The notes beneath the pieces are model-generated. The model did no database searches. It saw only the letters and a list, made by a program, of their open reading frames with translations, and had not been told where the DNA came from. The position numbers and the translations under genes are program-made. Shown here in pieces: positions 26,797 through 35,712 of a DNA stretch of 40,000 nucleotides. Each line of letters starts with the position of its first letter. The stretch's first letter is position 1. The stretch is from an uncultured Alphaproteobacteria bacterium. GTDB lineage: Bacteria > Pseudomonadota > Alphaproteobacteria > Rhizobiales > Rhodomicrobiaceae. The stretch covers positions 205,536 to 245,535 of the forward strand of contig CAVWOB010000017.1 in assembly GCA_963756335.1 (NCBI GenBank), given 5' to 3'.

Positions 26797-26885
26797 GGAT
26801 ACGTTTTTCAGGACCGGAACAAGCCACCCGTTGTAGTTGAGGCCCCAACAGCGTCCTTCTCAAATGCAACGCTTCGCTGCTACGG

Positions 26886-28171
26886 CGCAGATTGCGAGCG
26901 ACCGCCCGTCGCAGTCCGGCGGCGACGTTCGGGGCGATGGCCCCGCGCTGGCCGCGAGCGCCAGCTCGATGCGGACCGGCGGCGCGGCGCAGACCGGCGG
27001 CGACGTTCGAGGCGACCGCCCGGCGCTGGCCGCGAGCGACCGCCCGTCGCAGTCCGGCGGCGACGTTCGGGGCGATGGCCCGGCGCTGGCCGCGAGCGCC
27101 AGCTCGATGCAGTCCGGCGGCGCGGCGCAGACCGGCGGCGACGTTCAGAGCGACCGCCTGATGCTGTCCGACGGCGAGGCGCGGACAGGCGGCGACGTTC
27201 AGGGCGACCGCCCGGCGTTGGCCGCGGGCGCCAGCTCGATGCAGTCCGGCGGCAAGGCGCAGTCCGACGGCGACGTTCGGGGCGATGGCCCCGCGCTGGC
27301 CGCGGGCGCCAGCTCGATGCGGACCGGCGGCGCGGCGCAGACCGGCGGCGACGTTCGAGGCGACCGCCCGGCGCTGGCAGCGAGCGACCGCCCGTCGCAG
27401 TCCGGCGGCGACGTTCGGGGCGACCGCCCGGCGTTGGCCGCGAGCGCCAGCTCGATGCAGTCCGGCGGCGCGGCGCAGACCGGCGGCGACGTTCAGAGCG
27501 ACCGCCTGATGCTGTCCGACGGCGAGGCGCGGACAGGCGGCGACGTTCAGGGCGACCGCCCGGCGTTGGCCGCGGGCGCCAGCTCGATGCAGTCCGGCGG
27601 CAAGGCGCAGTCCGACGGCGACGTTCGGGGCGATGGCCCGGCGCTGGCCGCGGGCGCCAGCTCGATGCGGACCGGCGGCGCGGCGCAGACCGGCGGCGAC
27701 GTTCGAGGCGACCGCCCGGCGTTGGCCGCGAGGGACTGGGCGATGCAGACTGGCGGCAAGGCGCAGTCCGACGGCGACGTTCAGAGCGACCGCCTGATGC
27801 TGTCCGACGGCGAGGCGCGGACAGGCGGCGACGTTCAGGGCGACCGCCCGGCGTTGGCCGCGAGCGCCAGCTCGATGCAGTCCGGCGGCGCGGCGCAGAC
27901 CGGCGGCGACGTTCGGGGCGATGGCCCCGCGCTGGCCGCGGGCGCCAGCTCGATGCAGTCCGGCGGCGAGGCGCGGACAGGCGGCGACGTTCGGGGCGAC
28001 CGCCCGGCGCTGGCCGCGAGCGCCAGCTCGATGCGGACCGACGGCGCGGCGCAGACCGGCGGCGACGTTCGAGGCGACCGCCCGGCGTTGGCCGCGAGGG
28101 ACTGGGCGATGCAGACTGGCGGCAAGGCGCAGTCCGACAGCGACGTTCGGGGCGATGGCCCGGCGCTGGCC
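26886..28171. repeat. Tandem array inside TIR-R: 18 GC-rich modules of 54, 60 or 78 bp
   Basis: 18 copies of the core ...GGCGGCGACGTTCRRGGCGAYSGCCCGGCGYTGGCC. Relative to the left arm it contains an extra 288-bp block (3x78+54), and the inner units are shuffled. Confidence 0.9.
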
Positions 28172-28925
28172 GACGGCGCGATGCTCCACAGATTGTATAC
28201 AATCCGAAAGCGCCTGCCCGGCGCAACCCTATGGCGCGCCGCGTTTCACGCAAGCTCTTGTGAAACAACTGGCATGCCGCATGCCACATGCCGCATACCG
28301 CATGCCTCACGCGGCCCGCACCAGCTCGCGCCAAATGCAACAGCCGAAGTCGAAATTAGCACTCTGTTAAACACGTTCTGCTAAGTTGTTCTCATGCAAA
28401 TCAGCACATTAACTTGATCAATTTTCGACCCGACCAACATAAGGCGAAAATGTAGACGCGTCTTAAGTAATGCGTTCTTGCTTCTGTTCGAAATTACTCG
28501 CGACTTGCATGATGCATTCTACCGCGCGCAACGCGAACACATTACACGCCACACACAGCTCTCTCACACTCTCTCACATGTATATTATGCACTTCGCTCG
28601 CCGCGCATCTTGACGCGGCTTTTCCACCACGCGCAGAAAACTTGCCCGAAATTATAGCGCGCATTTTATGTGCGTGAAACATGCGCTGCGCAAAACATGC
28701 TTGCCGGGAAGCGTGCGTGAAACATGCACTTCACACGCAGGCTCAGACACATGCTCGCAGAACGTGTGCGTGAAACAACCGCTTCGGATTTGTCGAAAAT
28801 TTCTGCGCACGTTTTTCGTGTGCGCGATTTTATGGCGGAATTTTTCGAGAGTTTTTAAAGCGCGCTTAACTCGTGCGGCTAAGTGTGCGCAAAACAGGAG
28901 CGTTGCGGCCCCCCCTCACTCCCCC
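26886..28925. repeat. Right terminal inverted repeat (TIR-R)
   Basis: Reverse complement of 13844-15768. Ends ...CGTTGCGGCCCCCCCTCACTCCCCC, immediately followed by the direct repeat. Confidence 0.9.
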
Positions 28926-28942
28926 CCGATAAGCCGCGCGAG
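28926..28942. repeat. Right copy of the flanking direct repeat (putative target-site duplication)
   Basis: CCGATAAGCCGCGCGAG is identical to 13827-13843. Because of the C-run the identity can be read as 15 to 19 bp. Confidence 0.8.
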
Positions 28943-29035
28943 CCTGTCTTTCGGGGACGACGCCTTGATAGGGTTCGCAAAAACCGGACAGCCGTGGGGC
29001 CAGCCGGGCGCGCGGGCGTACACCGGCGATTAACG

Positions 29036-29090
29036 CTATTGGATTCGTTTTGCAAAAAATGTGCGATTTAACGGTATTATAATACCACAC
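29036..29090. repeat. ~55-bp interspersed repeat, copy 2 (inverted relative to 2332-2387)
   Basis: ctattggattcgttttgcaaaaa...cggtattataataccacac. Contains the perfect 14-bp palindrome GGTATTATAATACC. Confidence 0.7.
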
Positions 29091-29288
29091 GAGTCCGCCT
29101 TGCGACTATTCGCTCGCCTTCGATGTCGCCCCGGAAAGCGCCCTCGCCCTTATCCGGGATCTCCCTCAACACTTTGGTTCGGGGTTTTGAAAGATCCCGG
29201 GGGGGCGCGAAAAGCGCCCTTCCGGGATGACGACGTTAAATCGGCGGATTGCAACCGGACCGCGCCTGCCATACCCGGCCCCGGCCGG

Positions 29289-31289
29289 CTACAGCACAAG
29301 CGCTTGCGCGATTTCTTCGGCCTTTTTGGTCTTGGCGGCGCGGCCCTCGTCTAGCTTCTTCTCTTCGGTCTCGATGGCGGCGATGCGGTCTTCCTGGGAC
29401 TTCAGCGTCTCGATATAGCGGCGGCCGAGGTCGGAAGCCTGGCCGACGCTTGCGAGGTTCTGGCGAATGCGATCCTGATCGCTCCCGATCTTGTCGCGCT
29501 CCGCGTCGAGCGCGGTCTTGCGTGCAGCGATCTTCGCGATATCGCCAACCACTGCGCCGAGCTTCGCGACCGCTTCTTTCAACGCGGGCGTGTCGTTCTG
29601 CAAGCCGGAAACGGTGGCGTAAATCTGGTCCGGCGCGAGCGAGACGAGGCTGATGGTTTCGCTGTCGATGTGCTCGCGCGCGAACGTCGCCTTGGTGGTC
29701 TTGCCCTTAGGCGCATCGACCCGGAAGCGAACGCGCGAGGCGTTCTCCTCGAAGTCCTTCGCCTCGCCGGCGGGTTTCCAGCCATTCTGGCGCGGCTCCT
29801 CGATATAGACTTCGCGGTCTTCCCCGGCGGGCGGCGTGATCTCGTAGTCGATTGCCCAGCGCGATTTCACCGTCACGGTCAGCTCGCCGCCCACGGCCTT
29901 GCCGAGGCGGACCTGCCTCGATCCCTTGTCCTCGCGGCGGATCTCGGTTTTCGAAATCGAGCGCGAAGGTGATGAATTTCGTGGCGCCCTTCGAGAGGAG
30001 CGGCAGCTGCGCGTCGCCCGCGAAGTTGGCCGAACCGTCGCCGCCCGTCTCGAACGAGGTGATGAGGCCCGAGGGCAGCGCGGATTCGCCGTCATTGGTA
30101 AGCCGCACCGCGGCGAGCGGCCGGGTCGAGTTCGTCTCGGGCTGGTAGACGTAGGTGCGCGACGCGGTCACGTCCCGGTCGGCGAAGGGGATCATCATCG
30201 TCGAGCCGGAAGCGAGCGTCACCTTTCCGGGGAAGCGGAACAGCACATGCGTCGCGTCTTCCTCGGGCACGGCAGCGGCCTGGGCCACGGCGAGGTCCTC
30301 GGTCAGCGCGAGGGCGCGGGTGGCCGCCTTGGGGGCAGGCGGCGCCGCCCGGCCGGCGCTCCAAAGCCGCGAGCCCGGCGGATGCCGCCCACCGCGGTTT
30401 CCGGCGCCTCATCCTTGTTGGGCACGACGCGCAGCGAAGACGTAACGGGAATCTCGGGCCGGTCCACGTACACGGCGGAATAGAGCGCCTGCTTCAGCGC
30501 GACCGGATTGCCGGAGACGAGCGTGAGGTCCACATCCTTCCAGTCGCCGCCGGTGAGATTTTCGAGGATGCCCCAGCCTTGCAGCCTCGCCTTTCCGCCT
30601 TCTTTCGGCAGCACGAGGCGGTAGGACGTTTTCCAGACCGGCGCCGCGACCACATAGCTGAAGCCCGCCTGCCGCGCTCCTTCGCCGCCGAGCACGATGG
30701 AAAGCGTGCGCCTGTCCTTCGCGCGATTGGTGGCGATCCCTGTCAGCGCCCGGTCGATCTGGGCGCGCGTTTCCGCATCCTTGAAGCGCACCGCCGTCAG
30801 CTCTTCGAGAACGGCCTGGACGAAGCCCTTGTCCGTCAGAAGCGTGAGCCTATGCCGCTTCGTGTCGCCGCCATCGTTCGGCAGCCGGACGGTCTCCTCC
30901 TCCACGCGGAAGACGCGGCCGGAAGCCATGACGCTGCCCTCGATCTCGACCTCCGCACCGATAAGCGCGTTCAGAAGCGCGGCCTGCGATTCAAGCGCGG
31001 CCCTGTCGAAAGGCAGGTCGCGAAAAAGCTCCGCGAGCGGCGTTTTTCCCGGCAGGCTGACGGCGCCGACCGCGCCCGCCGCGTCGAACACTGTCAGGCT
31101 TTTCAGAACGTCGTCCACCTGGCCGATGCGCACCGGCAGCTCGATGACCGTTCCGGCCTCGGCATCGCCCGCATGGGTGAATTGTATGAGCCCGGAGGTT
31201 GAAAGCACAACGCGCTTCAAGGGAAATTCGGCGGCATGGGCCGCCAGGGGAACGCCAGCCAAAGCGGCCGCCACAATCATCCGTCTCAT
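29289..31289 (-). pseudogene. Large secreted protein gene (possibly DUF4139/MuiA-like) split over three reading frames by two apparent frameshifts
   Basis: A signal peptide MRRMIVAAALAGVPLAAHA starts at 31289. The coding signal continues from ORF 30303-31454 into ORF 29707-30288 (shift near 30,330-30,400). It then continues into ORF 29289-30095 (shift near 29,945-29,955). The C-terminus is a coiled-coil. The family call is tentative. Confidence 0.6.
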
Positions 31290-31528
31290 GACATCGATCC
31301 AAAAGTGGAATTGAATACAAGCGTTTTCTATCAGCCAAGGAATTGGCGCGCAATTGCGGCGTCCCAGCGGCCAAATCCTGCAACGGAAAAAGTTAAATTG
31401 TGTCATACGGCGAGCCCGGAATATTTGACAAAACCGCACATTCTCCCGCAACAACGGCTCTGCCGCGCTGGCGCTTACATTCGCGACGCTATATATTCGG
31501 TCAAAATAACAAATTGGGAGGACAATTC

Positions 31529-32659
31529 ATGCGTGTGCCGATCACAGCCTTCAGCCTGTATCTTGCGCTCTGCGGCGCCGCTTTCGCCGACACCAACGGC
31601 GATTGCGCGCAGGATGCGAACCTTGAACTTTCCATCCGCGCCTGCACCTCGATCATCGCGGATACGCGGGGAAGCAATGCGATCGCGTGGTTCAGCCGCG
31701 CCCGCGCCTACGAGCGCAGTGGCGACCACGCCAGCGCGCTCGACGATTACGACCAGGCCATCCGGCTCAGCCCGCAATTCACCAACGCCTATTCGGGCCG
31801 CGGCTTCGTCAACCTGAACAGAGGCTCGTTCGAGGGCGCGATCACAGACTTCAATAAAGCCATGAGCCTCGATCCGAAATATCCGGAGCCCTATTTCGGC
31901 AGGGGGATCGTCTATTTCACGGTGTTCGATAATGGCCGCGCCCTGCTGGACTTTACAAAAGCCATCGCCCTCGATCCAAAGTTCGAAGCGGCTTATATCA
32001 AGCGGGGAGACGCGCATGCCGCAGAGGGCGCGTGGGAGCCCGCCATCTCCGATTACAACATGGCGCTCAGCCTCAATCCCTCGAATCCCGAGACTTACGA
32101 CCACCGCGGCATCGCTCTCAGCGAGGGCCGGGGCGATCACGCCGGCGCCATCGCCGATTTCGACAAGGCCCTGAGCATCGATCCGAAGCATGCCTCGGCC
32201 TATGTGAGCCGCGCCCTCGCCAATCAGCGCAAACGCGACTTCGCGCAGGCCCTCGCCGACTTGAACAAGGCGATCGGCATGAGGCCCAACGATGCGGCGG
32301 CTTATAACGCGCGGGCCTCGGTTCAGTTCGAGACGCAGCAATACAAGGAAGCGAAGGCGGACGCCGATAAAGCGGTTTCGCTCAAGCCGAACGACTGGCG
32401 CGTCCTCGATACGAGGGGCCACATCCTGCTCGCGCTCGCCGATCCAAACGCCGCGCTTGAGGATTTCAACGCGGCGCTCAGGATCAACGCCGAGAGCATC
32501 AACTCGCTTTGGGGCCGGGGCCAGATTTACGAGGCCCAAGGGCTGCCCGCGCTCGCCATCCTCGATTTCAAGAAGGCCATCGAGCTGAAGGCGCTCTTGG
32601 ATTCGAACCGCGACGCTCAGCAAAAGGCCCGGGCGAGGCTCGCCGCGCTGGCGAGATAA
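31529..32659 (+). CDS. Secreted tetratricopeptide-repeat (TPR) protein
   Basis: SD gggagga precedes the ATG at 31529. Signal peptide MRVPITAFSLYLALCGAAFA. About ten 34-aa repeats of the form A..DF(N/D)KA(I/L).L(D/N)P....AY..RG. Confidence 0.8.
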   Translation: MRVPITAFSLYLALCGAAFADTNGDCAQDANLELSIRACTSIIADTRGSNAIAWFSRARAYERSGDHASALDDYDQAIRLSPQFTNAYSGRGFVNLNRGSFEGAITDFNKAMSLDPKYPEPYFGRGIVYFTVFDNGRALLDFTKAIALDPKFEAAYIKRGDAHAAEGAWEPAISDYNMALSLNPSNPETYDHRGIALSEGRGDHAGAIADFDKALSIDPKHASAYVSRALANQRKRDFAQALADLNKAIGMRPNDAAAYNARASVQFETQQYKEAKADADKAVSLKPNDWRVLDTRGHILLALADPNAALEDFNAALRINAESINSLWGRGQIYEAQGLPALAILDFKKAIELKALLDSNRDAQQKARARLAALAR

Positions 32660-32786
32660 AGACAGGTCGCGCAAGCAGCGCGGTCGCGAGGGCGCGGCCA
32701 ACGCAGTTCCCGGCGCCCGGCAAGCCGGCCGCCACCCTCTCCCAGGGGGGAGAGGGGGCGGGGGTGAGGCGGATTTTCGAGCCCGC

Positions 32787-33698
32787 TTAGCGCTGGGCGC
32801 CGCCGGGGCTGCGCGTATCCGGAAGCTGGCGAACCTGATCGCTGTTCATCATCAGCTTGATACGGTCGGCGAGTTGCTCGATCTTGTTTCCGTCTATGGT
32901 TATCGTTTTCTCGCCGAGGCCGAGAAGGCGGCCGACCTGGATCTGCACGGACTGGATCTTGCCGTCGGGCGCTCTCTCGACCCGGACGATATCGCCGAGG
33001 TTCTTTCCATCGGAACTGAACACCGGCATGCCCCTCAGGCCCTGGCGCCCAGGCGCGGTCTGCGTGGGCGTAGCCCCGCCCGGCTGGGGCGCCGCCTGGG
33101 CGGAAGCAGTACCCTGCTCCTTGGCCGTTCCTTGGCCGGAAGCCGGTCCCTGCTCTCTGGCCGCCAGCGCCTGCCGGACATGGGTCGCCGCGGCGACGAT
33201 GGTCTGACAAGACTGCGGCAGAGCCGAGGTCTTCTGTTGCAGACATTGCTTGACGTCGTCGGTGTCGCCGCATTGCTGCTGCACCGCCGTCATGCAGGTG
33301 TCGGCGATGCCCTCGACGGCCTGCTCGAAATTGTTGACCGCGCGGCGCAGCGTGAACTGGCACCTGCGGCTGAGCTGGTCGGCGTAGGCCTGCATGCAGC
33401 TCGCGATGCGTCCGCCGCCGGGCGTGATGTCCCCGCAATAGCGGTCGATGTCGTCAGCGCAGGCGCCTTCGATCCTCTCGACGGCCGAAGCGATGCGATC
33501 CCTCAAATCGGACCGGGACAGGCGCTCCAGCAGGTCTTCCCGCATGCTGCTTCCGCGGTCGCGATCGCGGTCCTCGGAGGCGCCGCGTTCGCCCTGATCG
33601 CGCGGCTGGGCCTGTTCCTGGCTCGGTTGAGCCTCCTGGGCGTAAACGGGGGCGGGCGCGAAGAGAAGCGCCGCCGCGAAATAGACAGCCTTGTTCAT
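32787..33698 (-). CDS. Secreted protein with Cys-rich repeats and a C-terminal PRC-barrel-like domain
   Basis: Signal peptide MNKAVYFAAALLFAPAPVYA. Repeated C..DI.R.C / C...C spacing. C-terminus GMPVFSSDGKNLGDIVRVERAPDGKIQSVQIQVGRLLGLGEKTITI resembles PRC-barrel domains. Confidence 0.65.
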   Translation of the reverse strand: MNKAVYFAAALLFAPAPVYAQEAQPSQEQAQPRDQGERGASEDRDRDRGSSMREDLLERLSRSDLRDRIASAVERIEGACADDIDRYCGDITPGGGRIASCMQAYADQLSRRCQFTLRRAVNNFEQAVEGIADTCMTAVQQQCGDTDDVKQCLQQKTSALPQSCQTIVAAATHVRQALAAREQGPASGQGTAKEQGTASAQAAPQPGGATPTQTAPGRQGLRGMPVFSSDGKNLGDIVRVERAPDGKIQSVQIQVGRLLGLGEKTITIDGNKIEQLADRIKLMMNSDQVRQLPDTRSPGGAQR

Positions 33699-33765
33699 TC
33701 TAACTCTCCATTCGGGGTTTGAAGGGCGGCCTCAGCGGAAGGCCGCCCGTGGATTGGGCGCGCTT

Positions 33766-34479
33766 CTAGTCTTCGCCTTCGATCCGGTCGCGGAGCTGCG
33801 CCAGAAGGTCTTCGACGTCGCCCTTGTTACGGACGCGTTCGAGAATGAGGTCGCGCAGATCCTCGCGGCTGACGCCCTGGGCGCCGCCTTCATGCTGCTC
33901 GCCACGCTCTTCCAGCCGGTTCGAGATGAGGTCCCGCATCGCGCCCGGGCGGCCCATATGCTCCTGGAGGATTTCGCGCAGCAGGGCGCGCCGTCCCAGG
34001 CGGTCGAGGATCGCGTCGCGCACATCCTCGTTTTCCCTCATGCGGTCGCCCAGAAGCGCGCGGAGGTCTTCGCGGCCTTCCAGCCTGTCGCGGATGAGGT
34101 CGCGCAGCTCTTCACGGCCGTGCATGCGATCCCCAAAGTCTTCGCGGCCCTGCATGCGGTCCGCGAGCAGGTCGCGCGGGTCTTCGCGGCCGTGCATGCG
34201 GCCCGCGAGGAGTTCGCGCAAATCCTCGCGGCCCTCCAGTCTATCGCGAATGAGGTCGCGCAAATGGGCGCGACTCTCCAGGCGATCCCTCAAGAGATCG
34301 CGCAAATCCTCGCGGCCCCTGATGCGATCGGCCAGAAGCTCGCGCAGCTGTTCGCGAACTTCGGAATTTTCGGATGTGCGGTCGCCCATGCCATAGGCGT
34401 TCGCCGGCGCGGAAGTCACGAGAGAGGCTGAGGCCGCAAGCAAGAACGCGGCTGCTGAAAGTGCGGTTGCCCGCTTCAT
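33766..34479 (-). CDS. Secreted charged repeat protein (about eleven 14-aa L.DRL.GREDLRDL units)
   Basis: Signal peptide MKRATALSAAAFLLAASASLVTSAPANA, followed by tandem LADRIRGREDLRDL / LRDRLESRAHLRDL / IRDRLEGREDLREL and similar units. Confidence 0.6.
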   Translation of the reverse strand: MKRATALSAAAFLLAASASLVTSAPANAYGMGDRTSENSEVREQLRELLADRIRGREDLRDLLRDRLESRAHLRDLIRDRLEGREDLRELLAGRMHGREDPRDLLADRMQGREDFGDRMHGREELRDLIRDRLEGREDLRALLGDRMRENEDVRDAILDRLGRRALLREILQEHMGRPGAMRDLISNRLEERGEQHEGGAQGVSREDLRDLILERVRNKGDVEDLLAQLRDRIEGED

Positions 34480-34911
34480 GAGGCTTTCTCCCTTTTGATG
34501 AGCCTTGCAGGTTCGGTTTAGGGCGAAAAGCTAAATCAAGTCAAAGTGACCGGCTTGATCTATCGCAAAGATCCCCCGACTTATCGATCTATGTCTAACA
34601 AAACATTGTTTCACTGTGCCATTTTATTTGGGATAATAAAACGTAATCGGAATTTAATATACGAAACAAGCTAGGCTTAACTGAGACAATTGACGCCTGT
34701 TGAGGGATTTATACTTCAGTTTCCGCTACGGATGGTTCAGCATGATCCGCCCAGGTTCGCGCGGACGCGTCCCGAAAGCTCCTGCCGCGAAGGCGGGGCT
34801 CGACATCCCAGCCAACTCTCGACTATGCGAAGACAATCGCGCGCAAAAAGGAGAAGGCGCATGCGGCCGGAAAGAAAAAAGGCGCCCGGGCAGCCCGAGG
34901 CGGACGCGCTC

Positions 34912-35274
34912 ATGCCGCCATACGACAAGGTCTGCGTGCGCGACCTCGTGCTGCCCGCACGCATCGGCATATGGAGCGAGGAGCAGGGCGTATCCCAGCG
35001 CGTGCGGTTCAGCGTGGAGCTTTCGGTGTCCCACGGCGGCCACCGGCCTGGCGATCTATCGAGCGTGGTGTCCTACGACTTCATCATCGACGGCATCAGG
35101 GAGGCGCTTGCGGGCGGTCATGTGCTTTTGACCGAGACGGTCGCCGAGCGCGTCGCCGCGCATTGCCTCTCGCACAGCCGCGCCGTCTCCGTCCGCGTCG
35201 TGGTGGAGAAACTCGACCGCATCCCGGGCGCCACGCTCGGCTGCGAGATCGTTCGCTTCGCCACGCATCGATAG
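34912..35274 (+). CDS. folB: Dihydroneopterin aldolase (FolB family)
   Basis: From the ATG at 34912, ~120 aa: VCVRDLVLPARIGIWSEEQGVSQRVRFSVELSV...YDFIIDGIREALAGGHVLLTETVAERVA...VRVVVEKL. This fits FolB length and pattern. The upstream in-frame ATGs at 34690 and 34861 are less likely starts. Confidence 0.7.
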   Translation: MPPYDKVCVRDLVLPARIGIWSEEQGVSQRVRFSVELSVSHGGHRPGDLSSVVSYDFIIDGIREALAGGHVLLTETVAERVAAHCLSHSRAVSVRVVVEKLDRIPGATLGCEIVRFATHR

Positions 35275-35308
35275 GGCCTAAGCGCCGCGGCCCGCGATGG
35301 GCAAACAT

Positions 35309-35340
35309 CGAATACTGGGTTCCCGCCTTCGCGGGAACGG
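35309..35340. repeat. REP-like hairpin repeat (cgaatactgggttcccgccttcgcgggaacgg)
   Basis: Near-identical to 3886-3919, with the same 8-bp stem and cttc loop. Confidence 0.7.
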
Positions 35341-35376
35341 CAAAAGCAAACGGGTGCGAACTTCCGGCGGGCTGGA

Positions 35377-35712
35377 CTAGGCCAGCGCCCACTGGAACAG
35401 GAAGAACGCGGCCTCCGCCGAGGCGAGCCCGATAAGGAGGCTCCGGCGGCTTACGAAGTAGGCGGCGACGCCTACGCCAAACGCTACGCCGCTGACCAGG
35501 CCGCCGATGTCCTTGAGCGCGCCCGTCGGCGCCAGCAAGAGGCGCACGATCAGCGCCGCCACCAGCGCCGTCGAAACGTCCTTCACCCAGAGGACGAGCG
35601 GCGCTTCGGGGTCAACCGCGCGCGAAAGCCAGACGCCCGCCAGCCGCCAGACCTCGTTCGCCACACCCGCCGCGAGAAGGACGAGCCAGAGGCTCCAGGC
35701 GCTATCGGGCAT
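35377..35712 (-). CDS. azlD: AzlD-like small membrane protein (branched-chain amino acid transport accessory)
   Basis: ~111 aa from MPDSAWSLWLVLLAAGVANEVWRLAG..., hydrophobic and of AzlD size, directly following azlC. In this assembly it is in-frame with the azlC 3' part, with no intervening stop. Confidence 0.55.
   Translation of the reverse strand: MPDSAWSLWLVLLAAGVANEVWRLAGVWLSRAVDPEAPLVLWVKDVSTALVAALIVRLLLAPTGALKDIGGLVSGVAFGVGVAAYFVSRRSLLIGLASAEAAFFLFQWALA

Larger units (their letters stand above)
13844..28925. mobile_element. Casposon-like self-synthesizing transposon (solo Cas1 plus PolB, long TIRs, long TSD), ~15.1 kb
   Basis: Flanked by the 15-19 bp direct repeat and bounded by inverted repeats starting GGGGGAGTGAGGGGGGGCCGCAACG at both ends. 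Carries a Cas1 homologue (19641-20855) and a family-B DNA polymerase (23195-25996). No CRISPR array, other cas genes, tyrosine/serine recombinase or capsid-like genes are recognisable. The core is markedly AT-richer than the flanks. Confidence 0.75.

Noticed and set aside
13844-28925. Alternative reading of the element as a prophage, an integrative plasmid/ICE, or a composite transposon made of two inverted IS copies.
   Set aside because: I saw no capsid, terminase, tail, tyrosine/serine integrase, relaxase or T4SS genes. The inverted arms contain no transposase gene of their own. The direct repeat flanks the whole unit rather than each arm. An integrated linear PolB plasmid remains a weaker alternative, but it would not explain the Cas1 gene plus a 15-19 bp duplication.
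31475-32701. A 408-aa ORF antisense to the TPR gene, and 33691-34431 + antisense to the charged-repeat gene.
   Set aside because: The sense-strand genes have signal peptides, SD sites and clear repeat families. The antisense ORFs are compositional artefacts.
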